A stretch of DNA of 64,000 nt from a virus. Taxonomy: Duplodnaviria > Caudoviricetes. Below the pieces are notes generated by a model, which made no database searches, was not told the DNA's origin, and saw only the letters and a list, made by a program, of their open reading frames with translations. The translations under genes and the position numbers were made by a program. Positions 9,701-19,319 of this stretch are shown piece after piece (the stretch's first letter is position 1; each line of letters begins with the position of its first letter). The stretch lies in IMG/VR virus record IMGVR_UViG_3300021387_000075; one strand, written 5' to 3'.

Positions 9701-10675
9701 TTCATAATCTTCTTCTTCAAACATATCAAACTCGCGCCACGGAAGACTCGGGATTTTCAATGGCTTTAAAACACTAAAATCTTCACATCTATCTTTAATC
9801 TCGTTAATTGATGAATATGCGGCTTGAAGTTCATCTTCATTTAAATATGGGAAGAAACTTCTAATTTCTTCATCCAACATCATATAAGTTGTCGCATAAA
9901 ATGAACGAACTTCCCGCTCACCATCCTGAGAATTAAGAAATGCTTCATGAACCGCCGCATCTTCTGGCCTTCCATAATGGCTATCAGTTGTGATTATATA
10001 TTTAATTCCAAGCTCTTTACTAATTTTCAAGAGCTGTTTATTTACAAATATCTGTTCTTTTCCATTTGAAGGTTGCATCTCCAAATAGAAATTTCCTTTA
10101 CCAAAAATATCCTCAATATATAGACACCAACGTTTTGCCGTTTCATAAAATTCTTCATCACCAGTATCCATATATTGAAGAAGAAATTTATCTAACTGAG
10201 AACCCAAACAAGCACTTGATGCAATCAAATGCCCTTGATTCGGTTTTACGATTTCCTTTAAGTCGGAATAATACGTTGGACGCCGCCGCAACTTACGACT
10301 CATATAAGAGCGATTCCACGCGCGAGTTGATAATTCGCAAATCTGATGATATCCTTCCAAATCCTTACACAAAAGAATAAAGTGGAAATATCTATCTCGC
10401 GCTCTATCAAAGTTCTTTGCGGTTAAACCATTACGAGTCAGATAAATCTCATTTCCTCTAATAAGTTTAAAATCTGGATGCTCTTTCTTTATTTTCTTAT
10501 AATACTTTTCTGCTTTAATATAACTTGATATAGTTTCGTGATCGGTTATTGCTACACACTCATGCCCGAGCCCAATTGCCAGATTAAACAAATCTTCAAC
10601 CCGATTTGTACTATCGCGCAAAGTCTCATTACTATACATAGTGTGATTATGCAAACTTCCCGGATATTTCAGCAT
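6710..10675 (-). CDS. dnaE: DNA polymerase III alpha subunit (C-family)
   Basis: PHP domain (HNHTMYS, AITDH, TTDSHY), ARGSGGG, catalytic LDIDVD, HAGG, KMDLL, YGFNASH. Confidence 0.97.
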   Translation of the reverse strand: MLKYPGSLHNHTMYSNETLRDSTNRVEDLFNLAIGLGHECVAITDHETISSYIKAEKYYKKIKKEHPDFKLIRGNEIYLTRNGLTAKNFDRARDRYFHFILLCKDLEGYHQICELSTRAWNRSYMSRKLRRRPTYYSDLKEIVKPNQGHLIASSACLGSQLDKFLLQYMDTGDEEFYETAKRWCLYIEDIFGKGNFYLEMQPSNGKEQIFVNKQLLKISKELGIKYIITTDSHYGRPEDAAVHEAFLNSQDGEREVRSFYATTYMMLDEEIRSFFPYLNEDELQAAYSSINEIKDRCEDFSVLKPLKIPSLPWREFDMFEEEDYEYYFSVIPELEKFSSSPYKADRILVDAVITGIKKHEDLQNEEAYAALNECLEMTWESSQVNKAQWSAYFLNLQKIIDECWNAGSIVLPARGSGGGFVLLYALDIIQINCLREKTKMYPWRFLNPSRVSVLDIDVDIEGLRRGQVLEYLRKVYGENRVSNVATFRTEKSRSAILTAARGLGIDVDEASYIANLISAERGQSYTLKQMYYGDEEAGIEPNQTFINEISKYPQLWEVASRIEGLICGVGIHAGGVVFKDEDFTESSALMRAPDGTIITQFELHDLEDVSEIKMDLLSVEAADKIHTCLDLLVEQGYVEKKATLRETYESVLNVYKINRDDKKMWDMIQHHEIVSLFQMEQQSGTRGIALTHPRNVDELAVLNSVIRLMATEKGAESPLDKYARFRFHPNDWEQEMIQYGLNDEERAILHRELDISDGMSITQEQFMQLVQLPECGGWDLQWADRLRKSIAKKNPKEYEQLTSEFFARVKEKQLDENFCSYVWNVEVALSRGYGFNASHTYAYSVVALQEMNLARFYPIIFWNTANLIVDSGGSQNVEYDEEGEASIVVEAAPDEDADDEELEEWEEENEVIDGEKEDKKKEKTKTVDYGKVATAIGRFNNYGIKVAPPNINDSSYTFTPVVERNEILYGLRGITRLSTSVIRAIMEMRPFSSLEDFLEKVKVNKVQMTNLIKCGAFDELMKIPREKIMEKYIDMVADSKQRLTLQNMQMLINKNLIPEDMKFYQRLFLFNKFLKTCKNGDNYDLNEAAVNFIGNNFSADLIDNGVQIPQTRWDNIYKKAMDPMRIYLKENKDTVLKALNDSLYKEVYDKYATGNISHWEMESVSFYSHEHELAAAAHNYDDFFTLPEEPEIEYTFTGRDGNEVRVFKLHRIIGTVIDKNKLKNTVTLLTPTGVVNVKVYKNQYAIYDKQLSQRGDDDIKHVIEKSWFSRGSLLMIQGIRRGQDFVPKKRKDSFYPVISKIVSINEDGILEFQTKRMEVEE

Positions 10676-10699
10676 TCACATTCCTCCTTATCTATATCA

Positions 10700-10728
10700 A
10701 TTATATCATAAATTTTATTAAAAGTCAA
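10700..10728 (-). promoter_or_regulatory. sigma70-type promoter for dnaE
   Basis: TTGACT-N17-TATAAT with extended -10. Confidence 0.8.
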
Positions 10729-10882
10729 TTATTGTATCTTATCCAGCCATCCCATCTGCCACATTCGGACTAGGATATTATCTATTACAGCCATTTCCTC
10801 TGGGCTATCCTCGATGTTAGTGCCTTCAATTAGTTTTTCTTTACATATTTTAATTAACTCTTCTCGATTATCATCACACATA

Positions 10883-12655
10883 TTAAAACTCATATTTACT
10901 ATTATCCTCCTTTAGCTCATAGTCGTCAATAAATACTTGAACCGAAGTACGTCCATTGAATGTATTAAGATTTCCGCGCCCGTAGATAGTAAGCAACTTT
11001 GTTCTATCTTCCATTACTTGCTCTACGAAATCTGAGTCTTTAAAGCGCACATAATCAATATCGTTATATGAAATCTTCATACTATCTTTATTCACGCCCA
11101 TAGGTAGAATACTCATTAGTGGAATATCTTCTACTACAATACGTACTTCATCAATATGGTTGCCGAAGTATTCAGGATGAGAGGCTAAGGCCGCAATAAG
11201 TTCATCATTATAATCTGATGCCTTTAAGATATAATCTACAAGATAGCAATTTTCAAAGTCGGCAGAACTTAGATGTTTATTAGCATAATCAATAAGAGAA
11301 TCAACTCTATTTCCATTTAAGCCCCATCCGCAAGCGTTATCATGTCCCGCAGTATAATTAAGTAGTTTGCTATCTTCCAAGAACTTTTTAAAGCTCGGTA
11401 ATCCCGCAAAGTTTCCGTCAGAACGGATACTTCCTTGAATTTCATTATCATTATTTCTGCGGCCAATCATTACCGGCTTATGATATTTAGAAACTACATT
11501 CATAGCAATAAGACCAGTCAATTCAGATGGGATATTATCGGAAGCATCTAGCTCTACCAAAATAATGTTATTATCATCCAAGCAATCTTTTTGGATTTTG
11601 AAATCTACGATACCCAGCGCCTGTTCCTTGATACGGTCTTGCCGCGCCTTTGCGTTCTTACCTACGCGCGCGGTCTGCTCCGCCGCATATTCAATATCAC
11701 CTGGCTTCGCGCCACGCTTTGTGCTTCTCATTTCACGCCTAGGCTCAATAAAGCAATAGAACATTGTTTCTTTTTCTTCCATCGTGCCTACCCGCGTAAT
11801 AGCATTGATTAGCGGTGCAATGTAGAAAGCGATATCAATTGGACTTAGACCGTTATATGGTGGTATTGCCTTTTCTTTTAGAGAAAATGCCTGCGCCTCA
11901 ATTAGAGCCTTAAAGCCTTCGTTGCGAATGTGTTGAAGTCCTTCCATCATAATATAATTAGTTTCAATATCTGTTCTATCCATTACATCCGCGATTTCGC
12001 CCAATGCGGCGAGGTCAATATAATTATGGGCTTGGTCAATTCCTAGGATATTATCCAGTACTTCACAAAACTTATATACTACTCCCGCGCCGCATAGAGA
12101 TTTATTAGGGTAGTCAGGAGATAGCTGATTATTTACAACAATAGTATTCGCGCCATCAGAGACAATTGGCTTTCCATTGGTATCATATTCTTGCTCGTGA
12201 TGGTCTAAACAAATTACATCCATACCTAATTCGCCTAAGCGTCTATGCTCTTCTTTATCATAGCTACTGGAATCGGGGCAAAGTACCAAATCATAGTCTG
12301 GATTATCTTCAAGCCAATCAATTTTATCATCAAGCCCATGTTGCTTATGAGTATGTACCATAAAGTGTAAATCAGCATTGGGAAAAATATGCTTTATATA
12401 AAGCCACAAAATAGCGCTACTTGTAAATCCGTCAGCATCGCAATCGACATTGAAAAGGATAGAACTTCCTTTGCGTAAATGGTATAGTAGTTTGTCTGCG
12501 GCAGCCTCGATATTTTTTAGTAAATAGGGATTAAGCTCACAAACGGGTGATGGATTCATAAAATTCTCAATATCGGTAACGCCGCGGTCTCTTAGGATTT
12601 CTTCCAATGCAGCTTCGGGGTCGGTCGTATAGTTTTTCTTCAACTTATATTTCAT
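10883..12655 (-). CDS. recJ: RecJ-like ssDNA exonuclease (DHH family)
   Basis: DCDADG, DHH, LCGAGVVYKF, IADVM, APLINAITR, GHDNACG. Confidence 0.92.
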   Translation of the reverse strand: MKYKLKKNYTTDPEAALEEILRDRGVTDIENFMNPSPVCELNPYLLKNIEAAADKLLYHLRKGSSILFNVDCDADGFTSSAILWLYIKHIFPNADLHFMVHTHKQHGLDDKIDWLEDNPDYDLVLCPDSSSYDKEEHRRLGELGMDVICLDHHEQEYDTNGKPIVSDGANTIVVNNQLSPDYPNKSLCGAGVVYKFCEVLDNILGIDQAHNYIDLAALGEIADVMDRTDIETNYIMMEGLQHIRNEGFKALIEAQAFSLKEKAIPPYNGLSPIDIAFYIAPLINAITRVGTMEEKETMFYCFIEPRREMRSTKRGAKPGDIEYAAEQTARVGKNAKARQDRIKEQALGIVDFKIQKDCLDDNNIILVELDASDNIPSELTGLIAMNVVSKYHKPVMIGRRNNDNEIQGSIRSDGNFAGLPSFKKFLEDSKLLNYTAGHDNACGWGLNGNRVDSLIDYANKHLSSADFENCYLVDYILKASDYNDELIAALASHPEYFGNHIDEVRIVVEDIPLMSILPMGVNKDSMKISYNDIDYVRFKDSDFVEQVMEDRTKLLTIYGRGNLNTFNGRTSVQVFIDDYELKEDNSKYEF

Positions 12656-12658
12656 TCG

Positions 12659-12943
12659 TTATCTTACCTCTCTTATGTCGGCAACATATAGTGTTGCTAT
12701 AACTTCATCATCATTCTTATCTATCATTACTATATGATTTTCTAATATATTATCTACTAGCTTCTCAGCCAGCTTCCGCTTAATATATGTCATATCTTCG
12801 GGAAAATTATGAAATATTTTATAGCCTACTTTTAATCTGACTAATGGAGCTGTGCTTGTTATTATATTATATGATTGTACTACTTCCGTGGGCGTAGTAT
12901 ATCCGCCTAACCAGTGTATAAGTTTTTCTTTCCACTTTTTCAT
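12659..12943 (-). CDS. hypothetical protein
   Basis: 94-aa ORF coupled to primase (ATGA overlap). Confidence 0.65.
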   Translation of the reverse strand: MKKWKEKLIHWLGGYTTPTEVVQSYNIITSTAPLVRLKVGYKIFHNFPEDMTYIKRKLAEKLVDNILENHIVMIDKNDDEVIATLYVADIREVR

Positions 12944-14061
12944 CGTACTCTTATCCTTCCTCTATAAAGTTCCTCAAATACTTCCTTCCCCTTATCATAT
13001 GGAGAATCTTTTTCTTCAAGCAGATTATCCATATCCCATATATAATAAAAAGTTGCCTGACCTGCATACTTGCGGCAGGCCGCTTCAATTCTTTTTCTAT
13101 ATTCACGCGCCTTTTCAGTACGCCAATCTGTATATTCTTTATCAAAGGCAATTGTTATTTCATTCGCGCCTAAAACATTAGTTAGTAAGTTAATTTGATA
13201 TTTATTTATCTTGGAACCACAACAGGCAACTGCATTTGCCCACTGTCCATAATATCCATCATCAAGAAGCACGGACTTTTCGCCTTCTACAATAATTGCG
13301 CTTTGGCGCTTTCTTATTGCTTCTTGGTGTTCATATATGCCATATAAGTTAAAATGTAAAGGATGCACGTATAAAACGCTACCGAGTTGTAAAGGACGAT
13401 ATTTACCGTATTGGTCTGCCTCATCTTTATCTAACGTTCGCGCGCGAATGCCTACTAAATTTCCATCAATATCTAAATGTGGAATTGTTATTTTATTTTG
13501 CGCCAATGAAAAGCCAATATGAAACTTATCCATAATTTCAGGCTTAATACCATCTTTCAACCATAGGGGATGATGATATGGTGGAAAATATGTTAGCATC
13601 GTCTGTGGATATTTTGTTAAGTGTGGAATAGATGAATCAAACTTGTATTTATCCATATTAAAGTCAGAATGATATTTTTTAATACCGCTTACTACTAAAT
13701 GTTTGATACATTTCTTAACATAATCCACGGCTTCTTCAAAACTTACTTTATGATAATTGATTCTCATAAACTTCTGATATAAAGTAAAAATTGACATTGC
13801 CTCATTACACTCAGTATAACAACGAAAGATTTTATTATTCTGATACCAGTATAACTTCATAGATTCGGCTTCTTCAATCGGATTATGACAGATAGTCGGG
13901 CATACTAAATATCCCTTATCTTCATACATCGCAATTTGCTCAACGCCTAGTCCTTCTAAAAATGCCTGTACATCCTCCAAAGTAATTGAATTGATAATGT
14001 CTTGTATGCTGACATCCATCAATTCAAGCTCTTCATCTGCGCCCTGTAGTGTGGTGAGCAT
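12940..14061 (-). CDS. DNA primase (Zn-binding + TOPRIM)
   Basis: CHN...CYTEC zinc site; IPH..GNLVGIRAR; VEGEKS; IAFDKE. Confidence 0.9.
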   Translation of the reverse strand: MLTTLQGADEELELMDVSIQDIINSITLEDVQAFLEGLGVEQIAMYEDKGYLVCPTICHNPIEEAESMKLYWYQNNKIFRCYTECNEAMSIFTLYQKFMRINYHKVSFEEAVDYVKKCIKHLVVSGIKKYHSDFNMDKYKFDSSIPHLTKYPQTMLTYFPPYHHPLWLKDGIKPEIMDKFHIGFSLAQNKITIPHLDIDGNLVGIRARTLDKDEADQYGKYRPLQLGSVLYVHPLHFNLYGIYEHQEAIRKRQSAIIVEGEKSVLLDDGYYGQWANAVACCGSKINKYQINLLTNVLGANEITIAFDKEYTDWRTEKAREYRKRIEAACRKYAGQATFYYIWDMDNLLEEKDSPYDKGKEVFEELYRGRIRVR

Positions 14062-14064
14062 TTA

Positions 14065-15660
14065 TTACTCCCCTTCCTATATTTGAATTACTCGTTCTCC
14101 ATTACTTGAAAACAAATCAATCGGTTCATTTATCGGCTGATTCTCTGCTGTCGTAATAAATAAATCTTCACGCTCTCCCGTACCTAAATGTAATCTTGTC
14201 CATATACGAACCATTTTATAGCGGCCACGCCGCATCTTATAAATATCTAATACATGAGTTGGTTTATTCTCGAAAATATCTGGTGAAATCATACCAGCAT
14301 TTACAGCAATTCTTAAACCTGGCAGCATCGCATTCCATCCTTTCTCTGAAATACGAGTCATTACATAACCTACGTCTGCTTTATCGGCGATACTTTTCGC
14401 GCCACGAATTGTCTTCTCATCTTTAAATGCCATTTCTTCATCATTCATCGCAAGTGCATTTACCTGAGTTGCAGAAAAGATAAATAAACCATAATCTTTT
14501 GCTACCTGTTTCAATTGATTTGCCATCATCATCAATATAACATCTTCGCGCAAATTATTTCTGGAAAACTGCGCCATCATACTTGCTGTCGAATGAATAT
14601 AATCGAAGAATACATATTTTACATTATCTACTGTCGCATACTTTCTAATTGTCGCTTCTACGTTTTGAAGATTCGGATCACTGATTTCCTCAATTAGAAA
14701 ATATCCGCTATATTCCTCCATAATCTTACCAGCGCATTTTACTCTGGTTAATTCACCTAATTCATACTTACTTGTTAAAATATGATCTTCATCTACTCCG
14801 GACAAATATGCTAACATAATCGTCTGAATCTCTTCTTTATCCATTTCTGTTACGATGAATAATACTTTACGCGGCTCTCTCGGATTGCCTTTCGCATCTA
14901 CTTCTTCAATAAATGCTTTCTCCTTATGTGACCAACGCTTTGGATATGCGAGATGACACGCATCAAAAATACTTGTACGAGACTTACCTGCGCTTGTGCT
15001 GGCACTTTTCAAAAAGAAACATCCTTCTCGTGCTCCGCGGCAGACCGAACTAAATATTTTACCTTCCAAGCTTGGACCGATACTTGGAGATTTTCTTAAA
15101 TCTTCAATCAACTCAAATATTCCTTCCGATGGATCTCCTTTTAATCTGCCGCCATTTAAAAATTCATTTCTTATCTCAGAATAATTCTTCTCTACACTAT
15201 TTAATATATCCTCTAACGATGATTCATTTAAATGCTGTATTACTTGTTGTTCTTTTAACGGATCTACTGTACTTTTCTCATCAACATAAAATTCACTAAT
15301 ATCATAATTCGCACGCTGTAATTTCCTTAATAATGAACACTTTTTTAGTCGATCATAATAAAGTTTAAAGTTGCCTAAATTCGCGGACTCATATGCATTT
15401 TTAATAAAATCTAAGCCGCCCTCGCCTTTATAAATTTGTAATGCCGCGCCGCCATTACGTTCAATCTCTTGGTCTATTTCAAGTACAGATAATTCCGTTG
15501 CGCCCTGCTCATACATTTTTTTAATTGTATTAAAACATACGCGCGCGGGTCTAAAATCAAAATCGACTGGATGAATATCCGAATATTCCAAAAGTAATTG
15601 AGGCTGATACATTAAGCAACCGATAATATTGCGATAAGCCGCACTATCGGATAACGTCAT
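14065..15660 (-). CDS. dnaB: replicative DnaB-like helicase
   Basis: ASTSAGKS Walker A, FFDYIH, ATQVN, IADKAD. The ORF-track TAG at 14077 reads through QEGE to TAA at 14065, 3 bp before the primase ATG. Confidence 0.9.
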
Positions 15661-15671
15661 ATAACTCCCCC

Positions 15672-16160
15672 TTAATCGTCAAATAATCCATCATCTAAAC
15701 TGGTTTCTTTTTTCTTAGATTTGTTTTCCCTAACAGGAACAATATATTCTTTCATCTGCGTATTCACTACGGCCGCGGCTAGACTCGCGCCTTCTGCCTT
15801 TTTCTTTTCTTTCCAAGCACGAGTTTCTTCCATATTACGCGGATTTACCAACCCCAATGTCTCGGAAAGTTTTTTCATCTTCTTTACATTATAAATATAA
15901 TCCAAACAATCTATAATCGCATCGTCAGTATATCCATATTCATTTTGAAGACGTTTGCGCTGAGTCCAAATTACCGGTCCTGGCGCTTTAATTCCAAATA
16001 ACTGGCATACTTTATTCGCAAATCTTTCTCGCGCCTGCTTCTCCTCTAAACACTTCGGACAATACCAATGTGAAGTTTTTCCGGTCGGAGAAAAATACTC
16101 TACCATTTCTGTTTTTCTGAACGTTTCGCCGCATCCAGAACATTTTCGAGATAACTGCAT
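15672..16160 (-). CDS. Zn-ribbon protein upstream of helicase (possible loader)
   Basis: CSGC...CPKC; the loader role is inferred from position only. Confidence 0.6.
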   Translation of the reverse strand: MQLSRKCSGCGETFRKTEMVEYFSPTGKTSHWYCPKCLEEKQARERFANKVCQLFGIKAPGPVIWTQRKRLQNEYGYTDDAIIDCLDYIYNVKKMKKLSETLGLVNPRNMEETRAWKEKKKAEGASLAAAVVNTQMKEYIVPVRENKSKKKETSLDDGLFDD

Positions 16161-16285
16161 CTAATCACTCCCATACTTATTCTTTATATAAGTATAGCAT
16201 AATTTTGAAAAAAAGTCAAATAAAAATAGGAACAACACCGGAGCATTGTTCCCTAAAACTATATAGTTTTGCGCGACTATTATTA

Positions 16286-16393
16286 AATGCGGACGTGGAT
16301 TTACACCACGCATAACAGATTGCGTACCTTTCAGCTGCTCCATCTGTCTCGTGTTCGGCTCTGCCTAGCGTCTACTTATTCCGCCACCGCATT
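16286..16393 (-). ncRNA. tRNA-like RNA with Leu-type D-arm, atypical T-loop and no canonical anticodon arm
   Basis: AATGCGG/CCGCATT acceptor-like stem, TG-GCG-GAATAAGTAGA-CGC D-arm, CGTGG-TGTAAAT-CCACG T-like arm. Confidence 0.6.
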
Positions 16394-16396
16394 ATA

Positions 16397-17392
16397 TTAC
16401 ATCAGTTGCTTTACTTCATCAATAAAGTATTCAACCAAGCTACTCTGAGAAGGCACCGCTTGACTTATCTTAAAGTCCTCAGAGCCAAATACCTTCTTAA
16501 TAATATCCTTCATAATCATCAGATGCTGATCTTTATTCTCTTCGCCGCCAAGTTCAAGATATTTAATCCAAATTTCCTTAGCTTCGGCCATAACCTCATT
16601 GAAGGGCCTATCCTTAACCTGCGCGAATTCAGTATGGTCAGTTACCTGAGCGCCATCTTTTTCTACGGCCATATCAATGGCATCGCCAATGGCATCTACT
16701 AGTTCCTGATAACCAAACTTAATCTTAGGCGCAAGATACTGATAACGACTACCGGCAAATACAGAAGGTGTAGAACGAGTATAGAGGAATCGTTCAGAGG
16801 TTCCATCAGGATTCATCTGCACTTGTAAATATCCAATAATATCTACAATCGAATTGATAATAGTGTATGCCTGATTGGGCAAATCCGGCGCGACGGCAGT
16901 AATTTCATTTCCATCTTCATCGCGCATTTCAGTAGGCTTATCCTTACTGTGAGCAATAAATAGAATACCAAATCCAAGCAAGGTAATTTCACGCCAGAAC
17001 TCAGAGAACTCGGTTCTTAGCATATTCCAGCCCTGTCCCCACGGGACATCACGAATACTATCAACATTCTCTCTTTGACAAATATATTTTTCACACAGCT
17101 GCCACGCGATAGAAGCAGTATCAACTACGATGCTATCATACATTTCCTTAGCCTGAGGCTTGCGTAGCTGTGTGAGAACTTTCTTAGCATCAGTCCAACG
17201 TAGGATTGGAACTGCGCGAATACCAGCCAGAGCGTTAGTGCCCTGTTCAAAGTTCAGGAACAAAGAACGAGGTAGCTGGCTACCAAATGTAGACTTCCCG
17301 GTTTTTGGTTGCCCATAAATCAGCAGGAACTTCCCTTTAAGGTCGCGGCTAATCTTTGAAGGCTCCAAACTAAAAATATCAATATCAGCCAT
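16397..17392 (-). CDS. Sak4-like AAA ATPase (ssDNA-annealing recombinase)
   Basis: LIYGQPKTGKST, SIVVDT, FIAH, AGSRY. Confidence 0.85.
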   Translation of the reverse strand: MADIDIFSLEPSKISRDLKGKFLLIYGQPKTGKSTFGSQLPRSLFLNFEQGTNALAGIRAVPILRWTDAKKVLTQLRKPQAKEMYDSIVVDTASIAWQLCEKYICQRENVDSIRDVPWGQGWNMLRTEFSEFWREITLLGFGILFIAHSKDKPTEMRDEDGNEITAVAPDLPNQAYTIINSIVDIIGYLQVQMNPDGTSERFLYTRSTPSVFAGSRYQYLAPKIKFGYQELVDAIGDAIDMAVEKDGAQVTDHTEFAQVKDRPFNEVMAEAKEIWIKYLELGGEENKDQHLMIMKDIIKKVFGSEDFKISQAVPSQSSLVEYFIDEVKQLM

Positions 17393-17519
17393 TTAATTCA
17401 CTCCTTTTGTACGAGGTTGGGCGCAAGCCAATTCTTGCGCCCGTTCCCTCTATCATATCGTAGGCAGTCAAGTGACCGTTTGTGCTTTAATCACTCCTAC
17501 CACCGGTGTTGGCCTACGA

Positions 17520-18416
17520 TTACTCCCACTCATACTTCTTCGCATCGGTATGATTGCTACTACCGCCCTTAGGGGCCTTCGCGCGAGCATCAATCTGCAT
17601 CTGCTCAATCATAGCCTTACGAACATTAAAGGCTTTCTTAATATCAGTTGGATCATAACTGAACTCCTCATCCTTTGCGGTATCGTCACCACCAGTGATA
17701 ATCAGCTCACGGACAAAAGTTGTGGTGGTTTCTGGGATATCTTCACCCCAACCGCTGGACTCATGAGAAGCTTCTACTTCCTGAGAAGTTACACGAACAC
17801 GTCCAACAATACGCTGAGTTGTATTTGCTTCCCAATTACGAGATACAAACTCTACCTTGTCAGGCGCTTCTACAATAAAATCAAGAACATCAAGACGTCC
17901 GCCATACTGGACAATACCACCACGGACAATTAGACGACCAGTAGGATTGCCTTCACGATCGACTTCATCATCAATGCTCATGATATAGATTTCAGTATTA
18001 AAGGTCGCGGCATCACTTAGCTTCGCGGCATTGATAAAAGAACCACGAATCTGGAAACCATGGATTAGATTACCATTACGAGATACAAAGTTGTTCTCGG
18101 ACAGAACACCACTCGTAATGCGTACCTGATCGGCCGCATCGACGCCAACATTCTGAGCTGTTTTTAGCTCCTTCAAATCAACTAGGGACTTATACGCTGG
18201 ATTGGGCTTACCAGTGCTAGTATAAGGAGAAGCGAAGAAACCAACTGGAATCTCACTTGTCTCTTCCTTACCATCAACTGGCTGAGTTACACGGATGGTA
18301 ACTGTTGCGCGCTTATAATCGCGCCCATCGGATAGCTTACCTTCACCAAATTCAACATTCATTAGCTTACCAACTAGGTTCATTTTGTTCATTGCCTGTA
18401 CATTAATATCTTTCAT
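17520..18416 (-). CDS. putative single-stranded DNA-binding protein
   Basis: Beta-rich sequence, acidic/aromatic tail (KKYEWE), directly upstream of the Sak4-like gene. Confidence 0.6.
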   Translation of the reverse strand: MKDINVQAMNKMNLVGKLMNVEFGEGKLSDGRDYKRATVTIRVTQPVDGKEETSEIPVGFFASPYTSTGKPNPAYKSLVDLKELKTAQNVGVDAADQVRITSGVLSENNFVSRNGNLIHGFQIRGSFINAAKLSDAATFNTEIYIMSIDDEVDREGNPTGRLIVRGGIVQYGGRLDVLDFIVEAPDKVEFVSRNWEANTTQRIVGRVRVTSQEVEASHESSGWGEDIPETTTTFVRELIITGGDDTAKDEEFSYDPTDIKKAFNVRKAMIEQMQIDARAKAPKGGSSNHTDAKKYEWE

Positions 18417-18469
18417 TTTTATTTCTCCTTTTTTCTTTTATTATACATTAAATTTTATTTTTTGTCAAA

Positions 18470-18856
18470 TTAGAAGCCTTCTACTTCAGCTTCGGCTTCC
18501 TTAGCAGCCTTCTTGGCAGCGCGCTCAGCGGCACGAGCAGCCTTCTTGGCTTCGTTCGCGGCTTTCTTAGCTTCTTCTTCAGCAACTGGGTCATAAGCCA
18601 GACCTTCTTCGGTTAGAGTATGATATAGTACCTTATGAGTCTTAGCCTTACGAGTCTCGGTCGCAGGAGCATCTTCAACAATTTCCTCGCGGGTAGTGAT
18701 AGCACGGTTCTTCTTAATTAGAGCATTGATCGCGCCAGTAACGGATGCGAATGGGATATCCAGAGCTTCCGCAATCTGTTTCTTTGTTAGTTCTTCACCA
18801 TAATGTTCCTTCATGTAATTTAGAGTCTTTTCACTGTTAATAGTAGCCATATACAT
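18470..18856 (-). CDS. winged-HTH DNA-binding protein with Ala/Lys-rich tail
   Basis: LTKKQIAEALDIPFASVTGAINALIKK...LTEEG. Confidence 0.7.
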   Translation of the reverse strand: MYMATINSEKTLNYMKEHYGEELTKKQIAEALDIPFASVTGAINALIKKNRAITTREEIVEDAPATETRKAKTHKVLYHTLTEEGLAYDPVAEEEAKKAANEAKKAARAAERAAKKAAKEAEAEVEGF

Positions 18857-18929
18857 TTCTCCTTTTTATCTCGGGGTTATCCCCTTTTATACATATATTA
18901 TAATATAATTTTAAGTAAAAGTCAAATTA

Positions 18930-19319
18930 TTACTCTTCTGAAATTTGGAATTGTTCTTCCGCAGAAGCTCGGGCCGCCTCATCCGTATCAGCTTCAATAA
19001 CCTTAGATAGCTTTGGTACCAGGTCGGACTGATATCCAGCAATAGCTTTTTGAAGCGCCTGTACTCTATCTTGTAGGTTGCCAACTACCACATAACTACC
19101 TACCAATAGACGAGCATAATCGGCTTTGGTAAGTGTAGAACCATCAAAGCCTTCAACCTTCATACGATCATAAAGCTCAGCGAAATCATTGCGTAGGGTT
19201 TCGGCAGTCTCGTAACCTTTCTTATCACCCTTAGTCTCGTTATACTCCATTACCTGCTCGGCCGCAACTTCAGTAGCGTGCGCGAGCTCCTTAAATAGTT
19301 CAATATACTTCTTATGCAT
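18930..19319 (-). CDS. hypothetical protein
   Basis: 129-aa ORF overlapping the topoisomerase A stop. Confidence 0.7.
   Translation of the reverse strand: MHKKYIELFKELAHATEVAAEQVMEYNETKGDKKGYETAETLRNDFAELYDRMKVEGFDGSTLTKADYARLLVGSYVVVGNLQDRVQALQKAIAGYQSDLVPKLSKVIEADTDEAARASAEEQFQISEE

Noticed and set aside
6710-10675. Intein or intron in dnaE (acidic insertion near 7900-8060)
   Set aside because: The insertion is a short low-complexity acidic loop lacking intein or LAGLIDADG motifs, and the frame is continuous.
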